A stretch of 64,000 nt of DNA from Planctomycetota bacterium (GTDB lineage: Bacteria > Planctomycetota > B15-G4 > SIAN01): assembly GCA_031409275.1 (NCBI GenBank), contig JANNXA010000010.1:160001-224000 (forward strand), in the 5' to 3' direction. The notes under the pieces are model-generated. The model ran no database searches, had not been told where the DNA came from, and saw only the letters and a program-made list of their open reading frames with translations. This document shows positions 20,845-30,873 of this stretch, in pieces. Made by a program: the position numbers and the translations under genes. Positions within the stretch are counted from its first letter, which is position 1; every line of letters starts with the position of its first letter.

Positions 20845-22056
20845 CTACCGCCCCGCGTACTCCTTCAAGACGTATTCGCGCCAGCGTTGGTAGAGGACGC
20901 TCGGGCTGCAGCCGAACGCCTCCTGGATGAGCTCGGCCGGCTTCAGGTTGCGCTGCAGGTCATCCATCGGCTCGAGGATCTTGGTGAAGCGGACCGGCTC
21001 GGTGTCGATCAGCCACTTCACCACCGACCACGACAGGCCGTTCTCGACGCCCGAAAGCTCACCGGGTTGCAGCTTCTCGCACCACTGCGCGAAGGGCGAA
21101 TCTTTGTCGCGCCTCACCAGCGTGAAGATGATCGCCTCCCAATCGGGCTTGGTGAAGTCGGTCGGCGGCTTGCCTTCGGCCCAGCAGAAGTTGTTCCAGC
21201 GGATGTTCTCGCGCCGCTCGTAGTAGTGGCCGAGCCCCTCCTCGATCCACGCCGGCGTCTCGCGGAAGTAGTTGTTGTAGCCGTCGATCAGCAGGTGCGC
21301 GGTGTTGTGGAACACGTGGTTCGCCAACGCGCCATCGCCGCGCGCGACTTGCTGCGCGACGATGCTTTCCGCAACGGAGAGCAGGATGAAGTTCGGCTTG
21401 TCCTGGATGTGCCACTGCACGCCGCCCTTGTCGTTGCGACCGCCGACGTAGCGGTCGACGAAGTCGTGGTGCTGCGTGTAGTCGGCGAACAGGTAGATCT
21501 CGTACATCCCCGGCATGCCGAGGTTCGGCTGCGTGTTGTTGGTCAACGCGGAGAAGTGGGCGTACTGCCGCTCGAGGCGGATGTGGTACAGGTGCAGCCG
21601 CTGATGCGCGGTGAGCTTCGCCCCTTCCGGGCCGAAGGTGACACCCGGCTGGATCGTCTTCAATCGATCGAGGTCGAAGCGTGCGAAGACGCTGTCGTTG
21701 TACTTGGCCGTGCTCGGCCCGAGCGTCGAGAAGATCTTGAAGTGCGGCGTCTGGATCGCGACCCAGTCCTCTTTCTTGATGTTGAGCTGCTCCGCCACCT
21801 TCGCGGCCGGCTTGTGCAGCAACTCGAGCTCGCGCGCCTCCGCCGGTCGCAACTTCTCCTCGATGCACCACGGGCACCAGAACGGTTCGAGCTCGATCTT
21901 GAGCGGCGTGGTCGGCGAGCGCGGATTGCAGTCGTCGAGCGGCGTCTTCGGCTTGTCGTCGTCGCCCGCGCGCGCCGGAGTGGCGACGGCCGGCAGCGCC
22001 GCCAGCAACGCCGCTCCGATCGCGAAGCCCGCCATCCTGTTTCGCGCGCACTTCAC
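20845..22056 (-). CDS. Secreted gluzincin-like protein with HNxxH instead of HExxH
   Basis: Signal peptide ending PARA; CPWC; 'VFHNTAHLL...PAWIEEGLGHYYE'; GTGA overlap at 22053-22056. Confidence 0.7.
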   Translation of the reverse strand: MKCARNRMAGFAIGAALLAALPAVATPARAGDDDKPKTPLDDCNPRSPTTPLKIELEPFWCPWCIEEKLRPAEARELELLHKPAAKVAEQLNIKKEDWVAIQTPHFKIFSTLGPSTAKYNDSVFARFDLDRLKTIQPGVTFGPEGAKLTAHQRLHLYHIRLERQYAHFSALTNNTQPNLGMPGMYEIYLFADYTQHHDFVDRYVGGRNDKGGVQWHIQDKPNFILLSVAESIVAQQVARGDGALANHVFHNTAHLLIDGYNNYFRETPAWIEEGLGHYYERRENIRWNNFCWAEGKPPTDFTKPDWEAIIFTLVRRDKDSPFAQWCEKLQPGELSGVENGLSWSVVKWLIDTEPVRFTKILEPMDDLQRNLKPAELIQEAFGCSPSVLYQRWREYVLKEYAGR

Positions 22057-24167
22057 CGGATCACCTCCGCCTTCTGGCAGCACTCGCCCAGATCGAGCGC
22101 GTCGAGGACTGCGAGTCCCTCAATCACCTTGCCATAGACCGTGTAACGCCCGTCGAGGTGCGGCGCCGGCATCAGCATCGCGAACCACTGGCAGCCGCCG
22201 CTGTCGGGGCCGGCATTGGGCATCCCCACCACGCCACGCTCGTAAGGCAGGGGACCGATCTCGTCGCGCACGACGACGCCTCCAGTGCCCCAGCCGTCGC
22301 CGCGCGGATCGAAGCCCTGCACGACGAAACCGCTGACGATGCGGTGGATCGGCAGTCCGTCGCAGGCGCCCGCTTCGACGCGCTCACGGAAGAGCGTCGC
22401 GTGCCGCGGCGCCGCGGCCGCCAGCAACTGCATCACCACGACGCCACCCGCGAACTGCAATCGCACGCGCGGGTCGGCGGATGGCGCAAGCCACTCGTCG
22501 GCATCGACCTCCACGGTCTCCGCGCTTGCCGCCGGCACCGGTTGCGCCCGCGCCGCAGCCAGCGCCGCGCGTCCCGCATCGCTGTCGACTTTCGCCAGCT
22601 CTTCCTGCGCCGCCGCGCGCACCGCCGCCGCCGGATCGCCGGCCGCGTGGCCGAGGAACGGCAGCGCCTCCGCGCCGGCCAGCTTCGCCGCCGCGTGCAC
22701 CGCGTTCGCGCGCGCCTCGGCCCGCTCCTCGCCCGACAACGCGTCGAAGCGTTGCACGAGCGGCGCCAGATCCTCGGCGCGCCCGACCGTCTTCAGCAGA
22801 TCGAGCGCGTTGGCCGCCACCGCGAAGTCGGGGTGGCTCGCCGCCGCCAGAGCCAGCGGCCGCAGCGACTCCGCCGCATCGCCGACCACCGCGGCGAGCG
22901 CGCTCCACGCCTCGCTCGCCACGTAGCCATCGTCGTCATGCGTCGCCTGCAGCAGCGCCGCACGCGCCGACGCCATCGACGTTCCCGTCGCTGCGCCCAA
23001 CGCACGCACCGCCGCGACCCGCTCGTGGCGATCGGCGCTGGTCCGCGCCGCGACGAGTGCGACGCGCGCCACTGCCGCGTCGCCTCCGAGCGCCGCCTGC
23101 CCACGCCACGCCTCCGCACGAACCAGCCGCTTCGAATCGTCTCCAGCGCTCTCGCACGCGGTCCGCGCCGTGACGCGATCCTCGTCCGTAGCGGTCGCCG
23201 CATTCGCGCGCGCCACCAACGCCGCCAGCGCCGCAGCGCGAAGGTGATGGTCGCTGGCGCGCTGGAGGCGGGTGGTCGCCGCGACCAGCGCGGCACGCAC
23301 GACGGCCGGCTCGATCACCGGATCGAGCCGCCCCAACGCACTGGCCGCCTGCGCCGCCACGAAAACCTGCGGGTCGGCCAGCAATCCGACCAACCGTCCC
23401 GCCCGCTCCACCGGCTGCTCGGAAAGCCGCCCAAGCGCGAGCGCCGCGAAGAAGCGCGCCTCCTCGACGCTCGACTGCGCGGCCAGGCGCACCGCGGGCA
23501 GGCGACCGTCGCACTCGATCTCGGCGGTCGCATAGGCCGCCTTCCATGCAACCGCCGGATCGCGATCGGCGACCAATGCAGGCAACGTCTGCGCCAGCAC
23601 GACGGCCACCGCGCCGTCGATGGGACCGCTCGCGCTGGCCGGTCGGCGTCGGCCGATCAGGCGCGCCAGTCCCAGCAGCGCCGCGCCGCGAACCTCCGCC
23701 ACCGGATCGGCGAGTCGCGCCACCAGGTTCGGCGCCAGTTGCGAGGTGCCGAGCTTGCCGAGCGCCTCGACCGCGCGCATGCGCTCCGTCGCAGCTGCCG
23801 CGTCAAGGAATCCCATCACGACGTCGGCCGCTTCCGGGTCGCCGATCTGTCCGAACGCGAAGAGGAGGTCGCCGCGAACGGCGCTCTCCACCTCGACGGC
23901 CAGCGCGCGCCGCAAGGCCGGCACCAGCTCGCGCGCGCGGATCCGTCCGATCGAGCGGGCGGCGGCGCTGCGCAGCTTCGCGTCGCCGCGCAGCAACGAT
24001 GGGTCGAAACGCGCGGGCTCGCGGCACCGCTCGCTCTCCAATCGCATCAGCTCGAGCTGCTGCTGCTCGCTGGCGGTGTGGCAACCCGTGACGCCAAACC
24101 ACGCGGACAGCAACAGAGCGGTCGCCAACACCGGAGCGGGTCGCGTGCGGTGATTCGTAGCGCCCAT
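22053..24167 (-). CDS. Lipoprotein with HEAT repeats and C-terminal cyclophilin-type PPIase
   Basis: Lipobox VTGC; HEAT repeats; 'HRIVSGFVVQGFDP...GMPNAGPDSGGCQWF...HLDGRYTVYGKV'. Confidence 0.88.
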   Translation of the reverse strand: MGATNHRTRPAPVLATALLLSAWFGVTGCHTASEQQQLELMRLESERCREPARFDPSLLRGDAKLRSAAARSIGRIRARELVPALRRALAVEVESAVRGDLLFAFGQIGDPEAADVVMGFLDAAAATERMRAVEALGKLGTSQLAPNLVARLADPVAEVRGAALLGLARLIGRRRPASASGPIDGAVAVVLAQTLPALVADRDPAVAWKAAYATAEIECDGRLPAVRLAAQSSVEEARFFAALALGRLSEQPVERAGRLVGLLADPQVFVAAQAASALGRLDPVIEPAVVRAALVAATTRLQRASDHHLRAAALAALVARANAATATDEDRVTARTACESAGDDSKRLVRAEAWRGQAALGGDAAVARVALVAARTSADRHERVAAVRALGAATGTSMASARAALLQATHDDDGYVASEAWSALAAVVGDAAESLRPLALAAASHPDFAVAANALDLLKTVGRAEDLAPLVQRFDALSGEERAEARANAVHAAAKLAGAEALPFLGHAAGDPAAAVRAAAQEELAKVDSDAGRAALAAARAQPVPAASAETVEVDADEWLAPSADPRVRLQFAGGVVVMQLLAAAAPRHATLFRERVEAGACDGLPIHRIVSGFVVQGFDPRGDGWGTGGVVVRDEIGPLPYERGVVGMPNAGPDSGGCQWFAMLMPAPHLDGRYTVYGKVIEGLAVLDALDLGECCQKAEVIR

Positions 24168-24170
24168 CGC

Positions 24171-24707
24171 TCACTTCTTCTCGCTGAAGATCAACTCGCG
24201 CTCGACCTTCCAATCGCCGTCGCGCCAGAACCAGGTCGTGCTGGTGAAGCCATCCTCCTCGAAGCACGAGGTGCTGCGCACCTTTGCGGTCTGCTGTTTC
24301 CCCGCGTGGTTCACCCCTTCGAACAGGAGCGTCCCATCCGCTTCCTCGACGACGGTGCCGTCGATGTAGCCCCCGGTCGCATTGAAGTACCACCAGCGAA
24401 TCGCCGCGGTCGCCGCATCGAAGCCGTAGATCGTCTCGCCTTCGTAGACGACGTGGCCGGCGGCGTCGCGGACGTGGTGGACGTTGCGCAGGAACTTGCG
24501 GCCGAACATCCACTCGTAGTGCTGAGTGTCGGTCAGCCCGCCGGTCGGGAACTTCGCGATCCAATCACGCCCGACGAAGGGTTCCATCACCGCCAGCGGA
24601 TCGGCCGCGGGCGCCTGCTGGCGAACTTCGGCGGCCATCCTCGTTGGCGCAGCCATCAGGCCGGCGCCAACCCAGGTGCCGATCGCAAGGGCGAGGAGCG
24701 TCCGCAT
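24171..24707 (-). CDS. Secreted hypothetical beta-barrel protein (DUF1579-like)
   Basis: Signal peptide; 'MEPFVGRDW...YEWMFGRKFL...IYGFDAA...WWYFN' pattern. Confidence 0.6.
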   Translation of the reverse strand: MRTLLALAIGTWVGAGLMAAPTRMAAEVRQQAPAADPLAVMEPFVGRDWIAKFPTGGLTDTQHYEWMFGRKFLRNVHHVRDAAGHVVYEGETIYGFDAATAAIRWWYFNATGGYIDGTVVEEADGTLLFEGVNHAGKQQTAKVRSTSCFEEDGFTSTTWFWRDGDWKVERELIFSEKK

Positions 24708-24972
24708 CGATCTCGTCTCCGTGGGGGTGGACCGCGAGCCGTCGAGATTCTGCCGCCGCGTGTGAACGGCGCCATGCAGCGGCGTTCATTCCGCGGCACC
24801 TGAGAAGACCGCCGGAAGCGGGCGAACCCCTCCGCAGGATCGATGCAGTCGTGCCGAAGGGGGGCGGCGGGCGCGGCTCGTCTCCCTCACGCCTCCGGCG
24901 GCACGCACGCGTCGCCCCGGCGCTCCCCTTCGGATTGCATCACCGACTACTGCATCGCCGGCTGGCTCGCCG

Positions 24973-26355
24973 TCATTCCCAGCGCGCCTGCAACGTGACC
25001 TTGTCCTTGCCGCGCAGGACGAGGAGCGGCACGTCCTTCTTGCTCGGCGCGCCACCGATCAATCGCCGCAACGACACCTGCACGTCGTCGCTCGACAGCT
25101 CCTTGCCATCGATCGTGAGCAGGATGTCGCCGACCTGGAGCCCCGCCTTCGCGCCGACGCTGTCCGGCTCGAGCTGCTTCACCTCGTAGCCGCCCTGCTC
25201 GCGCGCGAATCCGAGCTCGACCATGCGCTCGATCGACACGGCGCCGTCGCCGCTGACTCCGAGTCGCTTCGCGCGGCCGCGCGCCTCCGTCCTCGGCTTG
25301 GCGTAGGCGAGCTTCTCTTCGCAGTTCGCGGTGTTCCAGAGCAGGAGCGTCGCGAAGCGGCCGATCGCCGCCATCTGGTCGTACTCGAGCTTGTCCGGCG
25401 AGTCGCTGATGCGGTGATAGTCGGAGTGCATGCCGGTGAAGATGAAGGTCGTCGGCACGTTGACGTCGAGGAAGCTGGCGTGGTCGGAGTCGGGCTGGTA
25501 GCCGCTCTGCAGCTTGAAGTCGAGATCGGGCGCCGCGGCGCGCGACGCCTCGATCAGGCGCGGCCACAAGTCGTTCTCGAACGAGCCGGTCGCCGCCATC
25601 TCGATGGGCTTGCCCGAGTTGCGGCCGACCATGTCCATGTTCAGCATCGCCACCGTCCGCTCGATCGGGATCGCAGGCGCGCGGCAGTAGTGCGCCGACC
25701 CGAAGAGCCCCTGCTCCTCGGCACTGAACGCGATGAAGACGATGGAGCGCCGCGGCTTCACGTTGCCAGCGGCGAACGCCTGCGCGACTTCCAGGAGCGT
25801 GCAGGTTCCCGACCCGTTGTCGTCGGCGCCGTTCCAGATGGTGTCGCCCCCCGCCGGCCCGCCGATGCGCCCCGCATCGAGGCTCTGCGCGGTACCGACG
25901 TGATCGAAATGGGCGCCCACCACGACCACCTGTTCCTTCAACTTGGGGTCGCTCCCCTCCCACATGCCGACCACGTTCTGCGTGCGCGCCTGCTGGCCGC
26001 GAGCGCCGCCGCGCACCTGGAACTCGAAGTGCTGAAGGAAGGTGCCGTCGTCGCCGAGCGGCGTGAGGCCGAACTCCTCGAAGCGTTCCGCGATCCAGTC
26101 GGCGGCCTCGTCGTTGCTCGGCTCGCCGGCGCAGCGGCCGAGGCGCTCGTCGCTCGCGAGCCACTTCTCGTAGTCGCGCAGGTCGTCGGCCGAGATGGTG
26201 GCCAACGCCGGCTGCAACGGATGGTCGGACGCCAACGGCACCGGCCGCGGCTTCTCGGCAGTGGCAGGCACCGCTTCCTGGAGCGCAGGAAGCGCTGAGG
26301 CCAGCGCACTCGCAAGAGCCGCAACGAGGAGCGTCGATCGAATCGCCTGGTTCAT
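24973..26355 (-). CDS. M28 family aminopeptidase with C-terminal PDZ domain
   Basis: GAHFDH, NGADDNGSG, AEEQGLFGS, LNMDMVG, SDH, YH; PDZ 'KAGLQVGDILLTIDG'; ATGA overlap. Confidence 0.92.
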   Translation of the reverse strand: MNQAIRSTLLVAALASALASALPALQEAVPATAEKPRPVPLASDHPLQPALATISADDLRDYEKWLASDERLGRCAGEPSNDEAADWIAERFEEFGLTPLGDDGTFLQHFEFQVRGGARGQQARTQNVVGMWEGSDPKLKEQVVVVGAHFDHVGTAQSLDAGRIGGPAGGDTIWNGADDNGSGTCTLLEVAQAFAAGNVKPRRSIVFIAFSAEEQGLFGSAHYCRAPAIPIERTVAMLNMDMVGRNSGKPIEMAATGSFENDLWPRLIEASRAAAPDLDFKLQSGYQPDSDHASFLDVNVPTTFIFTGMHSDYHRISDSPDKLEYDQMAAIGRFATLLLWNTANCEEKLAYAKPRTEARGRAKRLGVSGDGAVSIERMVELGFAREQGGYEVKQLEPDSVGAKAGLQVGDILLTIDGKELSSDDVQVSLRRLIGGAPSKKDVPLLVLRGKDKVTLQARWE

Positions 26356-28307
26356 GAGCCGCTGACTCCCTGCCCTTCGAGTACGCCGACGTCGATTCGA
26401 CTCGGATGGTTCTGGTCGCGCCAGACCCGATGAGTGGCCGGCACGAAGTCGGCGGGCGCCGCTTCGAAGATGTTCTCGACGTAGTGCTGAGGGTTGCGAT
26501 CGACCAGCGGGAACCAGGTGCTCTGGACCTGGATCATGATCCGGTGGCCCTTGCGGAAGGTGTGCAGCACATCCTGCAGCGGCAGCTTGACCAGCGCGGG
26601 CTCGCCGGGCACGAACGGAGCCGGCGTCGTGTAGCTGTCGCGAAAGCGGCCGCGAATCACCTCGCTGCGCACCAGCATCTGGTAGCCGCTCATCGGCCGT
26701 TGCGTCGGATCGGCCTTCGCGGCCTCCGCATCGGCCCCCTCGTACTCGAAGTCGCCGGGATGGACGTCGACCAGCTTCACCACCCAGTCCGCGTCGCTGC
26801 CGGTCGTCGAGACGTGGAGTTGCGCCAACAGCGGTCCCGCCAACGTGAGGTCGGCGGCGAGCACTTCGCTCTGCCAGGTCAGCACATCGGGACGGCGCGA
26901 CGCGAACCGCTGATCGTCGGTCATGTACTTCTTCGCCATGCCGAGCTCGACATCCTCGAGGAACGGCACCGGCCGACTCGGATCGCTGACGAACTCGTCG
27001 AAAGCGACCGCTTCGGTGGGCGGCGCATCGAAGGCGAGGCGACCACCGCTTAGGAGATGGAGCGCCCGCATCCGCGTCCCTTTCGGCGGCCATGCGGCGA
27101 AGCGCTGCCAGACGTTGCGACCGGTCTCGAAGACCGTCGCTTCGGCCGGCGCCGCGAGCGGCTGACCGCGCAGGTGGCGCTCGAAGAACGGGAACTCGAC
27201 CTCCTCGCGGTACCACAGCGACTGCTTGCCGCCGAAGCGGACGTTGCCCAGCCGGTCGCCATCGCCGCGCGCCCAGCCACCATGCGACCACGGCCCCATC
27301 ACCAGCGAGTTCTCGATGCCGGGGTTCAGTTGTTCGAGCGCGCGATAGACGTGCAACGGTCCGTAGAGATCCTCCGCGTCGAACCATCCGCCCACCGTCA
27401 GCATCGCCGGCGCCGCTTTCCGCAGATGCGGCAGCAGGTTGCGCGCCTGCCAGTAGGCGTCGTAGTTCGGATGCGCGGCGAGGACGTTCCAGTACGGCAC
27501 GCGCCCTTTGAACCAGTCGCGGTCGGCGTTTCGCAACGGTCCGAGGTCGAGGAAGAACTGGTATCCGTCCTTCGTCTTGAACTCGACCGCCGGTGGACGC
27601 CGCTCCGAAGTCGGCCCCGGTCGCGGCACGCCAAACCCGTTCAGGAAGAGGAAGGCGTGGGGCAGGAAGAAGGCGCCGTGATGGAAGAAGTCGTCGAAGA
27701 ACCAGTCGGCGATGGGCGCCTGGGGCGAAGAGGCCTTCAGCGCTGGATGGGCGTCGATGCTGCCGACCGCCGCATAGAAGCCGGGGTAGCTGATCCCCCA
27801 CAAGCCGACGCGGCCGTTGTGGCCGGGGACGTTCTTCACGATCCAGTCGATGGAGTCCCAGGTGTCGGTCGACTCGTCGATCAAGGCACCCGGCTGCGCC
27901 GCCATCTGCGGCCGCATGTCATCGAAGGTGCCGCCCGACTTCCAGCAACCTCGCACGTCCTGATGGACGACGATGTAGCCCTGCTCGACGAAGCGACGAC
28001 TCGGGCCGATCGAGTCGGGGAAGTTCGCTTCGCCGTAGGGCGAGCACGAGTAGGGCGTGCGCCGCATCACGATCGGGTGCGCTTCGTTGGTCGCCTTGGG
28101 CAGGTAGATCGCAGTGAACAGCTCGACCCCGTCGCGCATCGGGATCATCCGTTCCCACTTCGAGTAGAGCTCGGCGATCGGCGGCACGGCCGGCGTCGCG
28201 CTCGCGGGCGGCGGCGGCACGACCGTCTGCGCCCATGCGCTGCTACCAAGCGCGAGCGCAACGAGCCACGCCGCCGACCGACCCGTTGCTGCAAACCACG
28301 ACTTCAT
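26352..28307 (-). CDS. CocE/NonD family hydrolase (alpha-amino acid ester hydrolase / peptidase S15)
   Basis: RTPY, QDVRG, nucleophile GISYPG, DAED, GPWSH; C-terminal PepX_C-like domain. Confidence 0.93.
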   Translation of the reverse strand: MKSWFAATGRSAAWLVALALGSSAWAQTVVPPPPASATPAVPPIAELYSKWERMIPMRDGVELFTAIYLPKATNEAHPIVMRRTPYSCSPYGEANFPDSIGPSRRFVEQGYIVVHQDVRGCWKSGGTFDDMRPQMAAQPGALIDESTDTWDSIDWIVKNVPGHNGRVGLWGISYPGFYAAVGSIDAHPALKASSPQAPIADWFFDDFFHHGAFFLPHAFLFLNGFGVPRPGPTSERRPPAVEFKTKDGYQFFLDLGPLRNADRDWFKGRVPYWNVLAAHPNYDAYWQARNLLPHLRKAAPAMLTVGGWFDAEDLYGPLHVYRALEQLNPGIENSLVMGPWSHGGWARGDGDRLGNVRFGGKQSLWYREEVEFPFFERHLRGQPLAAPAEATVFETGRNVWQRFAAWPPKGTRMRALHLLSGGRLAFDAPPTEAVAFDEFVSDPSRPVPFLEDVELGMAKKYMTDDQRFASRRPDVLTWQSEVLAADLTLAGPLLAQLHVSTTGSDADWVVKLVDVHPGDFEYEGADAEAAKADPTQRPMSGYQMLVRSEVIRGRFRDSYTTPAPFVPGEPALVKLPLQDVLHTFRKGHRIMIQVQSTWFPLVDRNPQHYVENIFEAAPADFVPATHRVWRDQNHPSRIDVGVLEGQGVSGS

Positions 28308-28381
28308 CGCTCGAGCCTCCATCAGGGTGCCGTCCCGTACGAGCGTCGTCGCGCCAAGTTGCGGGGCGCAAAACGGCGCTC

Positions 28382-29173
28382 TCAGTCGCGCAGCTGCGAA
28401 AGCCGCTCGTGGACGCGTCGACATTGCGGCAGCAGCGCGCGCGCCGCCTCGAGGTGACGCCGAGCCACGGCGAACTGCGGCGGATCGAGTGCGGGCAGCC
28501 ACCATCCGAGCAGCAGGTGCAGCGCCGCGTCGTCCGGCCACTCGATCGCTCCGCTCTCCCACGCCGACAACGCGTCGATCGGCTCGCCCACGCGCGCCAT
28601 CGCCAGCCCGAGCAACGCGCTCGTGCGCGGCGACTCCGGCACCGGGCCTGCATCAGCGCCCAGCATGCGGATCTCGGTCGCCCCATTCGCCAGCAGCGCG
28701 GCTCGGATCGCATCGCGCGTCGGATCGGGATCGAGCAAGCGCGCCACCTTCGTCCGCGCGTCGCGCTGCGCTCGATGATCGGCCCGATGGCACGCCTCCG
28801 CCCAGCCATCGAACAGGCCGGCCAGCGCAGCGGGCCGCCCGAACGCCAGCGCGACGGACGCCGCGCGCTCTTCGTGGCCGACCTCGACGGCGAGTCCGTG
28901 GCGAGCGAACGCCAGATCGAGCTGCGACTCGAAGATCGCCCACGCCGCCACTCCTGCGTGGAGCGGGTCGGGCACCGTCATCTCGGCGAGCTCCAACGTC
29001 AGCGCGGCGAGGTCGGGTGCGCGGCGCGCGGAGTCGCTTGCAACCGGCGACTCGTCGCGTGGTGAGGCGCCGCGACCGAGCAGCCAACCGAGGACGCCGC
29101 TGCCGCATGCGAACGCCAGCGTGTGGAGCACGAGACGCGCGATCGGCAACGGCGGCGAGCGACGCTCACTCAT
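28382..29173 (-). CDS. Membrane-anchored helical/TPR-like hypothetical protein
   Basis: N-terminal hydrophobic segment; 'LLDPDPTRDAIRAA'; TPR-like 'WPDDAALHLLLG...EAARALLP'. Confidence 0.6.
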   Translation of the reverse strand: MSERRSPPLPIARLVLHTLAFACGSGVLGWLLGRGASPRDESPVASDSARRAPDLAALTLELAEMTVPDPLHAGVAAWAIFESQLDLAFARHGLAVEVGHEERAASVALAFGRPAALAGLFDGWAEACHRADHRAQRDARTKVARLLDPDPTRDAIRAALLANGATEIRMLGADAGPVPESPRTSALLGLAMARVGEPIDALSAWESGAIEWPDDAALHLLLGWWLPALDPPQFAVARRHLEAARALLPQCRRVHERLSQLRD

Positions 29174-30827
29174 CGCGCTTCTCGCCACCGGCCTCGTCCT
29201 TCATTGGGGGGTGCGGGACTTCGATCCCGAGCAGCGCCGCCGCCTCCGCATGCAGCCGTAGGTACTCCGCATCGCGCCGCTCGACCACCGCTTCCGCCGA
29301 CTCGAAGTGGCGAAGCGCTCCGGCCGGGTCGCCGAGTTGCTGGCGCGTCATCGCCAGGAAAAGGTGATCGAGCGGTCCACCGCCGCGCGGCATCTCGAGC
29401 ACGATTTCGAGGACGGCGAGCGCCTGGTCGAAGTCGCCGAGCCGATACCAGGCGACCCCCAGCGTGTTGCGATACCACGCGCTCTCCGGATCGAGCGCGC
29501 ACGCGCGCTGCGCCAGCGTCAACGCCTGTCCAGGTCGTCGCAGCGACGGATCGCCGCTGTTGGCAAGCTCCCACGCCAGGTCGTTCACGATCTCCGCTTC
29601 GTACGGCGCGCTCCGCAGCGCTTCGCGCAACCCCGCGATCGCCTCGGCGAAGCGGCCGCGCGCAGCGAGCGACGCGGAGTGGTGGTCGCGCAACGACGGG
29701 TGATCCGGGTGGAGCGCGATGGAGGCGTCGAGCAGCGCGTCGGCTCGTTCGCGATTGCCCGACTCCAGGTAGGCGCGCGCCATCTCGTCTCTCGCGACCG
29801 GGTCGTCCGCGATCTCGAGCGCACGCTGGCACGCCGCGATGGCGCGGTAGTAGTCACCTTCCTCGAGCCACGAACTGCCGATCGCCGCGGCGGCGCGCGC
29901 GAGGCCGGGATCGAGCTTCAGCGCCTGCTCGAAGCGACCGCGCGCCTCGTCGAAGTAGCGGCCGCGCAGCAGCGCGAAGCCGAGCCCGAGAGCGACGTCG
30001 GCCGACGCCGGCAGCCGCCGCTCCGCCGCCTGCATCAGAGCGATCGCATCCGAGGCGCGGTCGCTCGCAAGCAGCAGGTGCAGCTCGAGGAACAGGGCGC
30101 GCTTCGCGGCCGGTCGCAGCGCGAGCGCGCCGGCCAACCACTCGCGCGCGCGACCATTGGCGGCAGCGCCTTGATCGAGCAGGAGCTCGGCAGCGACGAC
30201 ACGCAGCTCGTAGTCGTCCGGCACCGTGTCGACGACCCGTTCGAGCACTCTCAGCGCCGCGTCGGCCTCATCGATCTCCGCGAGGAGCGTGGCCAGCAGC
30301 GTCGCGGTCGCAGCGGGCCACGTCGCATCGAACGAGGCGGACGCGAAACGGCGCAGCGCCTCGAGATCGCCGTTCGCCGCACGCAGTCCGACGCGCAGCG
30401 GATCGGGGTCGGCGGCGTCGGCCTGAGCGCGGAGTCGCTGCGCCGCGTCGGCATCGCCCGCACGTCGCTCGAGCCGGGCGGCGGCATCGAACGCGGGCGC
30501 GAGCGCGGCGCTTCGCAAGACGGCCGGAGGCAGAGCAGCGAGCGCGGCACCGAGCCGTTGCGCCTTCACTCGCGGAGTCGGCCACCGCTCGACACGCGCT
30601 TGTGCCGCATCGCACGCCTCGAGCGCGGCAAGCTCGTCGGCGGAGAGAGTCGGAGCCATCGCCGCGGGCGAATCCGAACCTCGCCCGGCGCGCGAAGTCG
30701 CGGGAGTCGCGGGCGCGTGGACGAGTCGCGAAAGCGCGAAGCTCCCGGCGCCGGTGACACCAACCACCAGCACGATCGCCAGCGCAATGCCTGGGTTCGC
30801 TTCGCGGCTCACGGACGGTTCGGCCAT
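29166..30827 (-). CDS. Membrane-anchored TPR-repeat protein
   Basis: N-terminal TM; several TPRs; ends 'NDLAWELA...NTLGVAWYRLG...LFLAMTRQQLG'. Confidence 0.8.
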   Translation of the reverse strand: MAEPSVSREANPGIALAIVLVVGVTGAGSFALSRLVHAPATPATSRAGRGSDSPAAMAPTLSADELAALEACDAAQARVERWPTPRVKAQRLGAALAALPPAVLRSAALAPAFDAAARLERRAGDADAAQRLRAQADAADPDPLRVGLRAANGDLEALRRFASASFDATWPAATATLLATLLAEIDEADAALRVLERVVDTVPDDYELRVVAAELLLDQGAAANGRAREWLAGALALRPAAKRALFLELHLLLASDRASDAIALMQAAERRLPASADVALGLGFALLRGRYFDEARGRFEQALKLDPGLARAAAAIGSSWLEEGDYYRAIAACQRALEIADDPVARDEMARAYLESGNRERADALLDASIALHPDHPSLRDHHSASLAARGRFAEAIAGLREALRSAPYEAEIVNDLAWELANSGDPSLRRPGQALTLAQRACALDPESAWYRNTLGVAWYRLGDFDQALAVLEIVLEMPRGGGPLDHLFLAMTRQQLGDPAGALRHFESAEAVVERRDAEYLRLHAEAAALLGIEVPHPPMKDEAGGEKRDE

Positions 30828-30873
30828 GCCTTCGTACTGCCTCCGAAAGCGCGCACCATAGTCGCGCGGTTCG

